A DNA stretch of 64,000 bases from Candidatus Saccharimonadales bacterium. GTDB taxonomy: Bacteria; Patescibacteriota; Saccharimonadia; Saccharimonadales; UBA10212. A program made the position numbers and the translations under genes. Of the stretch, positions 18,597-28,490 are shown piece after piece. Location: NCBI GenBank assembly GCA_035717985.1, contig DASTHW010000016.1:65859-129858 (forward strand). The letters run 5' to 3'. Positions within the stretch are counted from its first letter, which is position 1. Each line of letters starts with the position of its first letter. Under the pieces are notes generated by a model. That model was given only the letters and a program-made list of their open reading frames with translations. It made no database searches and was not told the DNA's origin.

Positions 18597-19346
18597 TTAG
18601 ACAAACTGTAGCTGTTTACTGGCCGGAACACCCACTACTAAACCGGACATATGCCGATGGGCGGCAGACCTCAGTGGCTTCCACATGGCCGCACAAAGCA
18701 CATCGGCAATCAGCACGCCGCTGACGGCACCATCCGGCAAAGCCGGCAAAGGCTGGCGGGCTTGCCCTGCCAGCGAGCGGGCGGCCCGCAGGGTGCGGTC
18801 GCTTAATCCCTGCATATTAGTGAACACACCGGCGGCAATTTCATTACCGCGGGCCCGGTGGGCACCTAGTATCAAGCGGTGACTTCCCTGTTTGGCCTGG
18901 GCGGCCTGGGCCCTGATAAGGCTGGTGCTAAGGCAATTTAAGGCGGCGTCTAGGCTGGCCCGGTTAGCTAAGACCGGAGTTAGATGGGTCTGGACGTCGA
19001 CCTCCAGCTGGGTAGAATACTCTTTGGCATAAGCATAAAGCTGGTGAGCTACTTCGTCTAAAACGGCACCGATGGCAATAGGCTCGAGCGGCAGTTCATG
19101 AAGTTTATCAACCTGCAAAACCATGCGGTAGGCCTCAGTCAACTGCAGTCCATTGTCGGCAGACAGGGCCATTAGTCTGGCCTGGTTGGCTACCATTTTT
19201 TTGGGATAATCAGCTTGAGCTAACAGCTCTAGTGAAGAGCGAATTTGAAGCAGAGGCAAAGTTAAATCGTTGGATAACGCCGTAAGGAGTGCTTTTTGCT
19301 CGGCCAAATAGGCCGAGGAGCCGCGCAAAATTTGTTTTTTCATCAC
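18597..19346 (-). CDS. Degenerate histidine-kinase-like protein (HisKA/HATPase-like, H-box His replaced by Asn)
   Basis: The H-box-like LSNDLTLPLLQI compares with canonical SHELRTPL (Asn26 in place of His). The N, G1 and G2 box equivalents are degenerate. There is no TM or sensor domain. Confidence 0.55.
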   Translation of the reverse strand: MMKKQILRGSSAYLAEQKALLTALSNDLTLPLLQIRSSLELLAQADYPKKMVANQARLMALSADNGLQLTEAYRMVLQVDKLHELPLEPIAIGAVLDEVAHQLYAYAKEYSTQLEVDVQTHLTPVLANRASLDAALNCLSTSLIRAQAAQAKQGSHRLILGAHRARGNEIAAGVFTNMQGLSDRTLRAARSLAGQARQPLPALPDGAVSGVLIADVLCAAMWKPLRSAAHRHMSGLVVGVPASKQLQFV

Positions 19347-19423
19347 CCTCTTCTAGTAAACAGTGCTTAATCAAAATTATAGCACCGAGCCGGCCGGCCG
19401 GGTCCTTAAAATCTAGTAAAAAA

Positions 19424-20101
19424 TTACGGCGCAAAGGTTAGGCTGGGTAAAATTATGTTGTCGAACTCCTGTAGGGACGACGTGGTCTGTGTATAAATCT
19501 CCAAAGTTTTATCGCGAACTTTAAGAATAACCATGGAGCCTTTTAGCGGGTTATTGTTATTATCCTGCCCTATTATGCCATCGAGCCTAACACCTGCCTG
19601 GACATTGGCAGAATTTTTTAGCTTGGCCGGCATAAAGGCCGCGGAAGTTAAACTACCCTGCGATACTTGAGGTTCAAACTGGTTAACTACATCGCTATAA
19701 TCACTATCGACTAGCTCTACCCTCAGCGGAAAGGCTGTGTCGCTTTGAATACCTGGGACTACGTCGGGTGCAAAATAGCCGTCAACCGGCTCGTTAGCAC
19801 TGGTTTCGTCCACGTAGGCGCTCCAGTTTTTTGGATAGCTAAACGTCACCGAGCCGTAGGTGGACGGCCCGCTAAAGGTCTTGTACGGCTGTTCGGCCAG
19901 CTGAGTGTAATAGGTTTTATCGGTGGCCGATTGCTGGCTTTTGGCTTGGCTGACGGCGCTGGCTACCTTGGTATTAACATTATTTTTATAATCCTGCCGG
20001 CCCGAGAAGGCCCAAAAACCAAAAATCAAACTGATGATTAAAAGCACAGCCAAAACCGCGATGATTGCGGTTTTGCGAGACCGGTTAGCCTGCGGATCCA
20101 T
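19424..20101 (-). CDS. Membrane-anchored extracytoplasmic protein, unknown function
   Basis: N-terminal TM (AIIAVLAVLLIISLIFGFWAF) followed by a beta-rich domain. Confidence 0.6.
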   Translation of the reverse strand: MDPQANRSRKTAIIAVLAVLLIISLIFGFWAFSGRQDYKNNVNTKVASAVSQAKSQQSATDKTYYTQLAEQPYKTFSGPSTYGSVTFSYPKNWSAYVDETSANEPVDGYFAPDVVPGIQSDTAFPLRVELVDSDYSDVVNQFEPQVSQGSLTSAAFMPAKLKNSANVQAGVRLDGIIGQDNNNNPLKGSMVILKVRDKTLEIYTQTTSSLQEFDNIILPSLTFAP

Positions 20102-20140
20102 ACCATGCTTATGGTAAACGAACAGCGGGCGGCGTGCAAG

Positions 20141-20641
20141 CTAAGGTAAGAGGTAAAGCAAGACGGCGTTTTGTTTTTTGAGTGGCTTTTTGCCAGGAAT
20201 CTGAAAAGCATGACTGGCAATTTTAATTTTTCTATCAGGAGCGTCTTTTTTAATCTTGGCCTCCAGCCGCTTCATAGACCGGTCCATTTGAAAAACAAAG
20301 ACGCCGTCAGCTTTGGCAAAATCAGCACTCCAAAAATTACCCCAAACCACTTTTATCTGGCCAGGATAGCGCCTGGCCCGCCAGCGGGCAATTAAGACCA
20401 AAAACGGGTTAAGTTCCCAGCCGATAGCCTTTAAACCACGCTCAGCCGCATCGATCAGTAAACTGCCGTCGCCGCTACCCAGCTCGTATAGCGTCTGGCC
20501 TTTTTTAAGATCTAATAAATCTAGTGCCGTTTGCCTTTGGGCTTTAAGCGTCGGTACATACGGCGCACCAAAAATAATCACAAAAACGAAAACGAAAAAA
20601 ATGAGTATCAAAGCGATCACTAATATGCCGATGATCACCAT
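20141..20641 (-). CDS. Class I SAM-dependent methyltransferase with an N-terminal TM anchor
   Basis: LYELGSGDGSLLIDAAERG motif I after a hydrophobic N-terminus. Confidence 0.7.
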   Translation of the reverse strand: MVIIGILVIALILIFFVFVFVIIFGAPYVPTLKAQRQTALDLLDLKKGQTLYELGSGDGSLLIDAAERGLKAIGWELNPFLVLIARWRARRYPGQIKVVWGNFWSADFAKADGVFVFQMDRSMKRLEAKIKKDAPDRKIKIASHAFQIPGKKPLKKQNAVLLYLLP

Positions 20642-20644
20642 CTG

Positions 20645-21700
20645 CTAAGATTTCCTCCGGCCGCCCAGGCCCTCGCGCACGGCTTTTTGATAAAAATAGT
20701 AGCCCGGCGTTAGCTGAATAACCATATTAATAACGCGGTACATGATTGTAACCGGGATACTCAAAGAAGCCGAGATGCCAGCAATTGCCAGCACGGCAGT
20801 CATCAGCCCTTCGTATATACCAATACCGGCCGGCAAAATTGACACTAGGCCAGCGAAGTTAGCAATGGCGTAGGCTAAAATCACAGCCCCGACATTAACC
20901 AGCCGGCCAAAAGCTATATAGACTACGTAGACGGCGGCTACCTCTGTAAGATTGGCGATTATCATGTACAAAAATGGTTTTTTAAGCTGGCGCCACTTCT
21001 CTTTCAAGACAACATAATTGTCATGTAGCTCCATAAAGGTGGACTGAGCGTTCTCAATGTTAATGGTCTCTGGGTGGCGCCGGCGGACTAGGTGTATGAG
21101 CCAGTTCAGCCAACGGGTTATGACTGTCAGTGAAGAGTTTATTCGCTGTCGACTTTCCAGCACATAAAGAGCCACGAAAGTTCCAACAATCATTAGGGTG
21201 ATTAGCGAACCAGCCACTAGAATCACCAGATTATTAACGTGCCCGCGCAGAGCCAGCAGAAAAATACCAACCACTAAAATCGGCTGAAAACTAAGATATA
21301 GCAAAAACAGCTTTAGAAATTGTGCCAATGTAGCTTTGGCGCCACTAACGCCTTGGCTTCTCATTCTCACCGTAAAGTAGCTGATACCGCTGACGCCACC
21401 GCTGGGCAAAATATGATTAACAAAGTTAAGCTCCAGCGTTAGCCTAAACATTGGTTTATAGGGTACCTTTTCGCCCAAGATGCGGAAAACTTCCCGGTAG
21501 AGACGAGCATAAGAGTCATAATTGATAATCTCAATCGGGATTATTAAAAGAAGTGCCCAGGCGTTAACCTTACCTAGATTAGTAATGACCGAGCCGATTT
21601 GCCGGCGCAGGCTGTAGATTAAAATTATTAACGCCACGAAGGTGGCCAGCGTTAATACCAGCTTCCAGCGGGACTGCCGAGGGGCCGACTCTTGATTCAT
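20645..21700 (-). CDS. Flippase-like / lysylphosphatidylglycerol-synthase TM-region (UPF0104) family membrane protein
   Basis: About 8 TM, 351 aa, with conserved-looking PSGGVSGISYF and ILPAGIGIYE segments. Confidence 0.5.
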   Translation of the reverse strand: MNQESAPRQSRWKLVLTLATFVALIILIYSLRRQIGSVITNLGKVNAWALLLIIPIEIINYDSYARLYREVFRILGEKVPYKPMFRLTLELNFVNHILPSGGVSGISYFTVRMRSQGVSGAKATLAQFLKLFLLYLSFQPILVVGIFLLALRGHVNNLVILVAGSLITLMIVGTFVALYVLESRQRINSSLTVITRWLNWLIHLVRRRHPETINIENAQSTFMELHDNYVVLKEKWRQLKKPFLYMIIANLTEVAAVYVVYIAFGRLVNVGAVILAYAIANFAGLVSILPAGIGIYEGLMTAVLAIAGISASLSIPVTIMYRVINMVIQLTPGYYFYQKAVREGLGGRRKS

Positions 21701-21736
21701 ACTTTATGGCCTATTATAGCCTATACTAACAGTCAG

Positions 21737-22969
21737 ATGAGTGAGGCCGATTTTAAGACAATTTGCATTTTAGGCCGCCAGCCAGCGCTAGGCCTAGCTG
21801 AGCTAGAGAGGTTGTACGGTGCCGAGGCCGTGCGGCCAGCCGGCTCATCGGCTCTGCTAGCGCTGGAGCCGGAAACCGTTGAATTTAAGCGGCTAGGCGG
21901 GGTTATTAAAACCGGCCGGGTTTTAGCTATCTTACCGACTACCAAATGGCCCGACCTACTAGCCTATCTACGCCAAAATATACCGAACCACTTAAAGCAA
22001 TTGCCGGCGGGTAAATTTACTTTAGGAGTGAGCTTTTACGGGTTGAGCCTGCCCACGGCCCAGTTAAATAAAGATGTTCTTGGCCTGAAAAAAATCATTC
22101 AAGCTTCCGGCCGGCCGGCACGGATAGTGCCCAATAAGACACTAGAGCTTAACAGCGCTCAGGTTCTGCATAATAAGCTCACCAGCCGCGGAGGCTGGGA
22201 GCTATTACTCGTCAAAGACGGCCAGCGGACCATCCTAGCCCAGACACTATTTGTTCAAGATATTGAGGCCTACGCCGCCCGCGACCAGGCCCGCCCAGCC
22301 CGCGACGCCCGGGTTGGCATGCTCCCGCCCAAACTGGCCCAAATTATGGTTAATTTAGCCGTCGGCCCGCTTGAGCAAAAACTGGTGAGTGAGAATAAAG
22401 ATAACCTATCTTCGGCCCGATTAAGAGTTAGAGTTCTCGATCCATTCTGCGGCACGGGAGTAATTTTGCAGGAAGCTCTGCTGGCCGGCTATAGCGCGCT
22501 TGGTACCGATATTGAACCGCGGATGGTGCAGTACAGTAAAACCAACATCGACTGGCTGGTTAAGGAGAATCCTCAGATACAAGGCATGGCGGTTATCGAA
22601 CAGGCCGACGCCACACGCGCCCGCTGGCCGGGTTTTAGCGCTATAGCCAGCGAAGCCTACCTGGGCCGGCCACTGGCTACCCTGCCCCCGCCGGAGAAGC
22701 TAGGGCCAATTGTTAACGACGTTAATACCATTATCAGTAAATTTCTTCGTAGCTTAGCCGGGCAAATTAAGCCTGGACGCCAGATTTGTCTGGCTGTGCC
22801 GGCTTGGCGGGCTCCAGGCGGCCAGCTTACCAACCTGCCCCTACTTGCTAAATTAACAGATATGGGCTACAATATTTTGGATCTAAAACATGTGCGGCAC
22901 CAAGATTTAATCTACTTTAGAGAAAATCAGGTAGTCGCCCGACAATTATTAATTCTGGAGAAGCGATAA
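21737..22969 (+). CDS. Putative RNA methyltransferase (UPF0020/Trm11-like; class I SAM MTase domain)
   Basis: I moved the start to ATG 21737. It has LDPFCGTGVILQEA motif I and an N-terminal THUMP-like region. Its stop overlaps the rpmA ATG. Confidence 0.5.
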   Translation: MSEADFKTICILGRQPALGLAELERLYGAEAVRPAGSSALLALEPETVEFKRLGGVIKTGRVLAILPTTKWPDLLAYLRQNIPNHLKQLPAGKFTLGVSFYGLSLPTAQLNKDVLGLKKIIQASGRPARIVPNKTLELNSAQVLHNKLTSRGGWELLLVKDGQRTILAQTLFVQDIEAYAARDQARPARDARVGMLPPKLAQIMVNLAVGPLEQKLVSENKDNLSSARLRVRVLDPFCGTGVILQEALLAGYSALGTDIEPRMVQYSKTNIDWLVKENPQIQGMAVIEQADATRARWPGFSAIASEAYLGRPLATLPPPEKLGPIVNDVNTIISKFLRSLAGQIKPGRQICLAVPAWRAPGGQLTNLPLLAKLTDMGYNILDLKHVRHQDLIYFRENQVVARQLLILEKR

Positions 22970-23241
22970 TGAGTCATGTTAAGGCTGGCGGAACCAGCAA
23001 AAATAACCACGACAGCCCAGGTCAGCGCCTAGGCGTTAAGATATTTGGCGGCGCAAAAGTTAAGACCGGCCAGATAATTGTCCGCCAAATTGGCATGACC
23101 AAGCGCGCCGGCGACGGTACCTTTATGAGCCGTAATTTTTCAATTCATGCCGCCCGTGACGGCGTAGTTAAATTCAACAAGCGCCGTGTCAAAAGCTTTA
23201 GCGGCCGTAGCATCCCCCGCACCGAAGTCACCGTAGAATAA
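22969..23241 (+). CDS. rpmA: 50S ribosomal protein L27
   Basis: MSHVKAGGTSKNNHDSPGQRLGVKIFGG.... Confidence 0.97.
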   Translation: MSHVKAGGTSKNNHDSPGQRLGVKIFGGAKVKTGQIIVRQIGMTKRAGDGTFMSRNFSIHAARDGVVKFNKRRVKSFSGRSIPRTEVTVE

Positions 23242-23248
23242 TAAATTT

Positions 23249-23803
23249 ATGGAGCCAAAGCCCGGTAACCATGGCTTAAGAACTGCCCGCCAGGAAGCCG
23301 TGCGCGGCAATGCTGACATAGCGAACGTCCTAGCCGGATGGCAAATTGTACCAAAGGCCGAATTTACTGTAGAGCCATCCCGGCTATTAGAAAAACCGGC
23401 ACTAGCTACTGAGGAGGAGCAAGTCGGGGCGGTAGCTCAGGCTCTAAATAGGGCTGTTAATCATATATACGAAGCCGAGGAGCATCGATCTCAGCCTTTG
23501 GCCGGCATGAAGACTTTCGGTGTGGCAATATTGGTCGAAACTTTTGGCTTAACGCCGGAGGATATAGCTCAAGACACGGGCGCCCTGTCCGACCTAGTTG
23601 AGTATCTCTCAGAGATGGTCTATAAGGAAAGAGGAATTGACGTCAGAAAAGACGTTTTAGGTGACGCTGAGCTTGCAGAACCCAGCGTGGGCCTCATTAT
23701 GAAAATCCGCCATACCTGGAACTTACCGGACAATGAATTCGGCCGCCCAGCAATGTACGAGCGGGTTGACTGGCGCAAGGTCAATCCTGCTGAGGGTAAT
23801 TAG
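23249..23803 (+). CDS. Hypothetical protein (184 aa, acidic, no recognised domain)
   Basis: ORF beginning 7 nt after rpmA. No SD, no TM. Confidence 0.5.
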   Translation: MEPKPGNHGLRTARQEAVRGNADIANVLAGWQIVPKAEFTVEPSRLLEKPALATEEEQVGAVAQALNRAVNHIYEAEEHRSQPLAGMKTFGVAILVETFGLTPEDIAQDTGALSDLVEYLSEMVYKERGIDVRKDVLGDAELAEPSVGLIMKIRHTWNLPDNEFGRPAMYERVDWRKVNPAEGN

Positions 23804-23813
23804 AGACTAAGTA

Positions 23814-24086
23814 TTAGCGTTGAGGCTGAACATCACCTCGGGAAGGTGACTTGCCGAGCTTAGCACGTAGTTCGTGCCATTCTGTAGTCGTCAGGCCCAG
23901 CTCACCAGCGGCTTTAGCAATATTACCCCTTCCAGCCGCATAGAGATCAATCTGACGATGACTTTCATTAGCGTAGTGCCTCTCGTGCGCAAACGGAAGC
24001 GGAGCCGCTTCGATACGCCGATCGACCTCCCAGGCGGCGGCGCGCGCCGGATCGCCTAAATTTGCTGGGTATTGTTCATCTTTCAT
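23814..24086 (-). CDS. Small protein with a C-terminal Fis-type helix-turn-helix
   Basis: GNIAKAAGELGLTTTEWHELRAKLG resembles the GN..AA..LGI.R.TL..KL HTH_8 motif. It is convergent with 23249..23803 across a 10-nt gap. Confidence 0.45.
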   Translation of the reverse strand: MKDEQYPANLGDPARAAAWEVDRRIEAAPLPFAHERHYANESHRQIDLYAAGRGNIAKAAGELGLTTTEWHELRAKLGKSPSRGDVQPQR

Positions 24087-24156
24087 ATTTTTCTTTCTTT
24101 ATTTTTTGATTAACTAGAATCACTATATCACAAGTTTTGCCTAAAGTCAATAAGGT

Positions 24157-25770
24157 CTAGCTGTTGGCAATGGATGCCCGGATGAAGCCGCCGAACAGCG
24201 GATGCGCCCGGTTGGGCCGGGAGCGAAATTCCGGATGCGCCTGGGTGGCCAAGAAATAAGGATGATCCAGTGCCTCAATAACTTCTACCAGGTGGCCGTC
24301 AGGGCTAAGGCCGCTAGCTGTTATTCCCCAGTCGGCGTATTGGTCGCGGTAGGCGTTATTGCACTCACAGCGGTGGCGATGCCGCTCAATTATCTCGCCC
24401 TGACCGTAGGCTTTTCTGGCCTTAGTGCCGCTAGCTAAAGCCGTAGGATAGTCGCCCAGGCGCATGGTACCGCCGGTATTTTTTTTATCAGCCTGGTCGG
24501 CCATGTAATCAATAACTTTATGCGGGCTATCCGGATCCAGCTCAACAGTGGTGGCACTAGTCAGCCCTGCCCGCCGGGCGGCGGCAATAACCGCCATCTG
24601 TAGACCCAGACAAAGCCCCAGATAAGGAATTTTATTATCCAGGCAGTAACCAGCGGCCGCAATTTTGCCCTCTAGACCGCGCTCGCCAAAGCCGCCCGGC
24701 ACCACCACGCCGTCCAGTTCTTCCAGTATGCCTAGCGATTTTTGACTTTTGCCTAAATCCTCGGCGCTAATCCAAACAATATCGACATTGACGCTCGCCG
24801 ACCAGCCGGCGGCCCGCAAGGCCTCAAACACGCACATATAGGTGTCTTGATTGTCTACATACTTAGCAATAATGCCTATACGGACGGTTTTAGGATATTT
24901 TTTAATGGCGCTTTCCACCATCCGCCGCCAAGAACTAAGGCTAGCCGGCGCTCGGCGCAGATCTAATCTGTCAGTAATAATGCCGCCAATGCCGCTGTCC
25001 TCTAGCGTCAGCGGTACCTGATAAATCGTCTTAGCATTAGGCAGTAGCACAATAGCCTCCGGCTCCACGCCGCTAAAGATACTGAGTTTTTGAATAACCG
25101 AGCGCGGCGGCTTTAGTTCTGAGCGGCCAATTAAAATATCCGGCACAATCCCAAGTCCGCGCAGTTCATGCACGCTGTTTTGAGCCGGCTTGGTTTTAAA
25201 TTCCTGGCTGGTACCCAGATAAGGCAGATAAACCACGTGCACAAACAGACAGTTGTCCGGGCCTAAGCGCATAGCCATTTCGCGGATAGCCTCCAGAAAA
25301 CTGCGCGACTCAATGTCGCCGATGGTGCCGCCAATCTCGACGATATGCACGTCAAAACCTTGGCCGGTCTGAGCTATAGCTTCCTGGATGTGATTGGTGA
25401 CATGCGGGATAATTTGTACGGTCTTACCCCTATATTTGCCGGCCCGCTCGGCGCTAATCACATCACGCAGTACCCGCCCGCTCATCAGCGAGCTGGCCTG
25501 CGTCAGCTCGACATCCAAAAACCGCTCATAGTGGCCAACGTCCAGGTCGGTTTCGGCACCGTCACGGGTGACAAAACATTCACCATGCTCAGCGGGGTTT
25601 AAGAGCCCGGCGTCAACGTTTAGATAAGGATCGCACTTTTGGATGTTTACCGTCAGCCCCCGGGCTTTAAGGATAGTTCCAATAGAGGCGGCGGTGATGC
25701 CTTTACCGACACCAGACAGCACACCGCCTGTCACAAAAATATACTTAGCTGACTTGGCTTTAACCGCCAC
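24157..25770 (-). CDS. pyrG: CTP synthase
   Basis: YIFVTGGVLSGVGKG and the GATase domain GLCLGLQ...HPEF. GTG start with GGGAGG upstream. Confidence 0.97.
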   Translation of the reverse strand: MAVKAKSAKYIFVTGGVLSGVGKGITAASIGTILKARGLTVNIQKCDPYLNVDAGLLNPAEHGECFVTRDGAETDLDVGHYERFLDVELTQASSLMSGRVLRDVISAERAGKYRGKTVQIIPHVTNHIQEAIAQTGQGFDVHIVEIGGTIGDIESRSFLEAIREMAMRLGPDNCLFVHVVYLPYLGTSQEFKTKPAQNSVHELRGLGIVPDILIGRSELKPPRSVIQKLSIFSGVEPEAIVLLPNAKTIYQVPLTLEDSGIGGIITDRLDLRRAPASLSSWRRMVESAIKKYPKTVRIGIIAKYVDNQDTYMCVFEALRAAGWSASVNVDIVWISAEDLGKSQKSLGILEELDGVVVPGGFGERGLEGKIAAAGYCLDNKIPYLGLCLGLQMAVIAAARRAGLTSATTVELDPDSPHKVIDYMADQADKKNTGGTMRLGDYPTALASGTKARKAYGQGEIIERHRHRCECNNAYRDQYADWGITASGLSPDGHLVEVIEALDHPYFLATQAHPEFRSRPNRAHPLFGGFIRASIANS

Positions 25771-25876
25771 TTTTGGCTCTTTCCTCCCTAGCCGGGCACG
25801 CCGGTAGTTACTTGCTTATGATACTAACGGACAAGCGGCCCCACTGGCTATAGTTTATTCAGCAACAGTTAGCGCT

Positions 25877-27112
25877 CTAGGTACCAATTTTGCTTTGGAC
25901 TATCTGGTAGGCTTTACCTTTTTGCGGATCTTTGCCGGCTTTAACATCGCTGTCGCTGATTGAGACCGGCACATCCGGTGTAATACCCTGTTTATCAATA
26001 TTCTTGCCGGCCGGCGTATACCAGTGGGCGATTGTTACTTTCATCTCACTGCCATCCGGCAAATTCACTACCTGCTGGACGCTACCTTTACCAAAACTTT
26101 TAGCGCCTACCAGCGTAGCGTCGCCATTGTCGTGTAGGGCACCGGAGGTAATTTCGCTAGCACTGGCGCTCCCGCCGTCAATCAGCACAGCCGTCGGTAA
26201 GCCTTTAAGGATGTCATTGCCGGTGGCATATTCGGTGCTGGTGATGGTACTGCCTCGGCGCTCTGAGACTACAGTTTGGCCTTGATTTAGCCACAAACTG
26301 GATACGTTAACAGCCGCCGTTAGATAGCCGCCGGGGTTACCGCGTAGATCAAGAACAACCCCTTTTACACCTTTGGCCTTAAACTCTTGGGCCGCCTTTT
26401 GGGCAAGATCGGAAGTATCGTTAGTGAATTGGCTGATCTTCATATAGCCGATGTCGCCGTCCTCTTTCCAGGTTACGCTAGGGACAGTTATTTTCTCTCT
26501 AGTAATCGTTACATTAAAGGCATTGCCGCCGTTTCTAACAATTGTCAGAGTGACTTTAGTCCCCTCCTGGCCGCGGATTTTACTGACGGCTGTATCTATG
26601 CTAATGCCGGCGGTTGATTTGCCGTTGATGCCGGCAATGATATCATTAGGTTTTAGACCGGCCTTTTGTGCCGGATAGCCGTCTAGCGGCGAGACCACTA
26701 CGATATTGTTGTCGCTATCGGTGCCTAGTTCGGCGCCGATACCGGTAATGGTCCCTGACAGTTCTTGATTGAACTGCTTGGCCTGAGTTGGATTAAAGTA
26801 TTCGGTATATGGGTCACCAGTGGCACTAACCAGACCGCCCTTGGCGCCGTTAATCAAACTTGTTGAATTTAGATTGCCGTCAAAATCCTGCTTTAAGATT
26901 TTATATATCTGATTGACTGAGGCAAAATTTAAGCCGCTAGCGGCGGCGGCCTGTTTATGAATGAATAAATCGCGGTTACCGCTAACCCAGCCGGCACCAA
27001 ATAACAAAGCCGCAAAAATTACAGTCAGGACGATTTTCTTCAGCGCCCAAGTAGACCTTCTAGGCCGGCGGCCTGGGGGCTGAAACTGCATGTTTGATTG
27101 GTCTTCCACCAC
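25877..27112 (-). CDS. ctpA: S41 carboxy-terminal processing peptidase
   Basis: N-terminal TM, a PDZ domain, GVVLDLRGNPGG, GGSASASE (Ser) and SFGKGSVQ (Lys) motifs. The exact start is uncertain (GTG 27112). Confidence 0.9.
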   Translation of the reverse strand: MVEDQSNMQFQPPGRRPRRSTWALKKIVLTVIFAALLFGAGWVSGNRDLFIHKQAAAASGLNFASVNQIYKILKQDFDGNLNSTSLINGAKGGLVSATGDPYTEYFNPTQAKQFNQELSGTITGIGAELGTDSDNNIVVVSPLDGYPAQKAGLKPNDIIAGINGKSTAGISIDTAVSKIRGQEGTKVTLTIVRNGGNAFNVTITREKITVPSVTWKEDGDIGYMKISQFTNDTSDLAQKAAQEFKAKGVKGVVLDLRGNPGGYLTAAVNVSSLWLNQGQTVVSERRGSTITSTEYATGNDILKGLPTAVLIDGGSASASEITSGALHDNGDATLVGAKSFGKGSVQQVVNLPDGSEMKVTIAHWYTPAGKNIDKQGITPDVPVSISDSDVKAGKDPQKGKAYQIVQSKIGT

Positions 27113-27165
27113 TCCCTCTTTTAGTTTTGGACTTTGGCTTAAGCTTTAATTATAACTGGTTAGTC

Positions 27166-28335
27166 TTAACCACCAAAGTAGATAAAGGTATTAATTAGAC
27201 TGCTACTGATCCACATCGTGCTGTATTGGCCCGGTGCACTGAAATTGTACTGACTGACCAATATTTGACTCCCGCTGACGGCCTCTACCCACATGGCATG
27301 CCCCACTGGGCCAAAGTAGTAAGGGTTAGTACCGATGGCCACCGAGCCGACTTTAGGCGTTGAACCGGTAGGAATGTTATAGCTAGCGGCGTCGCCAGGC
27401 CATTGGTCGGCGTTACCTTCTCCGCCCCAGTAAGGCATATTGCCGTAGGCTTGGCTAACCCGCCAGGCGGTGTAGCTAACACATTCACGGTTTAACATCC
27501 CCCAGTTATCTATGGTGTTGTCCTGGGAGTAATCACAGCCCCAGTGCCCGTATGGCCCTAGAGCGTCGCCGGGATAGCCGCCGCCGCAGTTACCGGTGGA
27601 TACAATGCTGACGTTACCGCTACCAACTAGCCGGCGGTTAGCGGCAATTTGCTGGGCCCGCAAGCTGGCAATCTGAGAATTATTAGCGCTAATCTGCTGG
27701 TTGTAGGCGGCAATCTGACCCTCGGTATAAGCCAGCATACTGTTTTCCTGGCTCTGTTTGTTATAGAGATCGGACTGCTGAGCCTGTAGGCTCTTTAACT
27801 GGATAGACAAGTCATTTTGTTGTTTTACCAGCTGAACTTTAAGCGCGGTAATGGTGTCTACCGTGGTTTTTACCTTATCCTGGACAGCGTTACGGTACTC
27901 CTGCTTATTAACGAAGTCGCTAAGGTTTTGACTACTAGCTAGCACCTCTAGGGTGGACATCTGGCCCTCTAGGTACATAGCTTTAATATCTTCGCCTAAA
28001 GTCTTCTTTTCCTGGTCTATCTGGGCCTGGGCCTGAGTAATTTGGGTTTTAAGGTCGTCTACCTTTGATTGAGTGCTGACGATATTTTGCTGAAGACCAT
28101 TAATTTCGGTGGCTAGCTGGTTAATAGCGTCTTGATAACTGGTGGCCGTGGAGGCCAAAGAGTCAGACTGAGCCTGCAGGCCGCTGTTTTGGTTTTGCAG
28201 GGCCTTAATCTGATCATCATATTGGTCGGCGCGGACCTTACCATAGCCCAGACTGGCCACTGTTAAAACAGTGGCTGAAAGCAGAATTAGCGCCAATCTA
28301 TTAGCAAAAAGGACTTTTTTAAATTTTTGAGCCAT
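27166..28335 (-). CDS. Secreted coiled-coil + CHAP-domain peptidoglycan hydrolase (PcsB/CwlO/RipC-like)
   Basis: Signal peptide, then about 200 aa of Q-rich heptad-like coiled coil, then a C-terminal CHAP domain (NRECVSYTAWRV Cys ... GHAMWVEAV His). Confidence 0.85.
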   Translation of the reverse strand: MAQKFKKVLFANRLALILLSATVLTVASLGYGKVRADQYDDQIKALQNQNSGLQAQSDSLASTATSYQDAINQLATEINGLQQNIVSTQSKVDDLKTQITQAQAQIDQEKKTLGEDIKAMYLEGQMSTLEVLASSQNLSDFVNKQEYRNAVQDKVKTTVDTITALKVQLVKQQNDLSIQLKSLQAQQSDLYNKQSQENSMLAYTEGQIAAYNQQISANNSQIASLRAQQIAANRRLVGSGNVSIVSTGNCGGGYPGDALGPYGHWGCDYSQDNTIDNWGMLNRECVSYTAWRVSQAYGNMPYWGGEGNADQWPGDAASYNIPTGSTPKVGSVAIGTNPYYFGPVGHAMWVEAVSGSQILVSQYNFSAPGQYSTMWISSSLINTFIYFGG

Positions 28336-28490
28336 TTTTTGTTTTGGTAAGAACGACGTAATAATACCATACCCTCCGTTTAAACGCTAGCTTTTTAGTC
28401 CCAATTTACCGGGTCATCAAATTAGCGGAACTAGCACCGCTTTTACGAGTTTTAAGTATTTTTATTAGCTGGTTTGGTGGGCTAAAGCGC

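Noticed and set aside
19210-20220. Small ORFs 19210..19434 minus, 19745..20041 plus and 20038..20220 minus.
   Set aside because: They overlap better-supported genes (the kinase-like gene, the membrane-anchored protein and the methyltransferase). None has an SD or a recognisable motif.
28284-28370. 28-codon upstream ORF with a strong GGAGGG SD, overlapping out of frame the start of the CHAP hydrolase gene.
   Set aside because: It could be a regulatory uORF, because the main ATG 28335 lacks an SD. However, the peptide is unremarkable and I cannot test conservation, so it is not reported as a feature.
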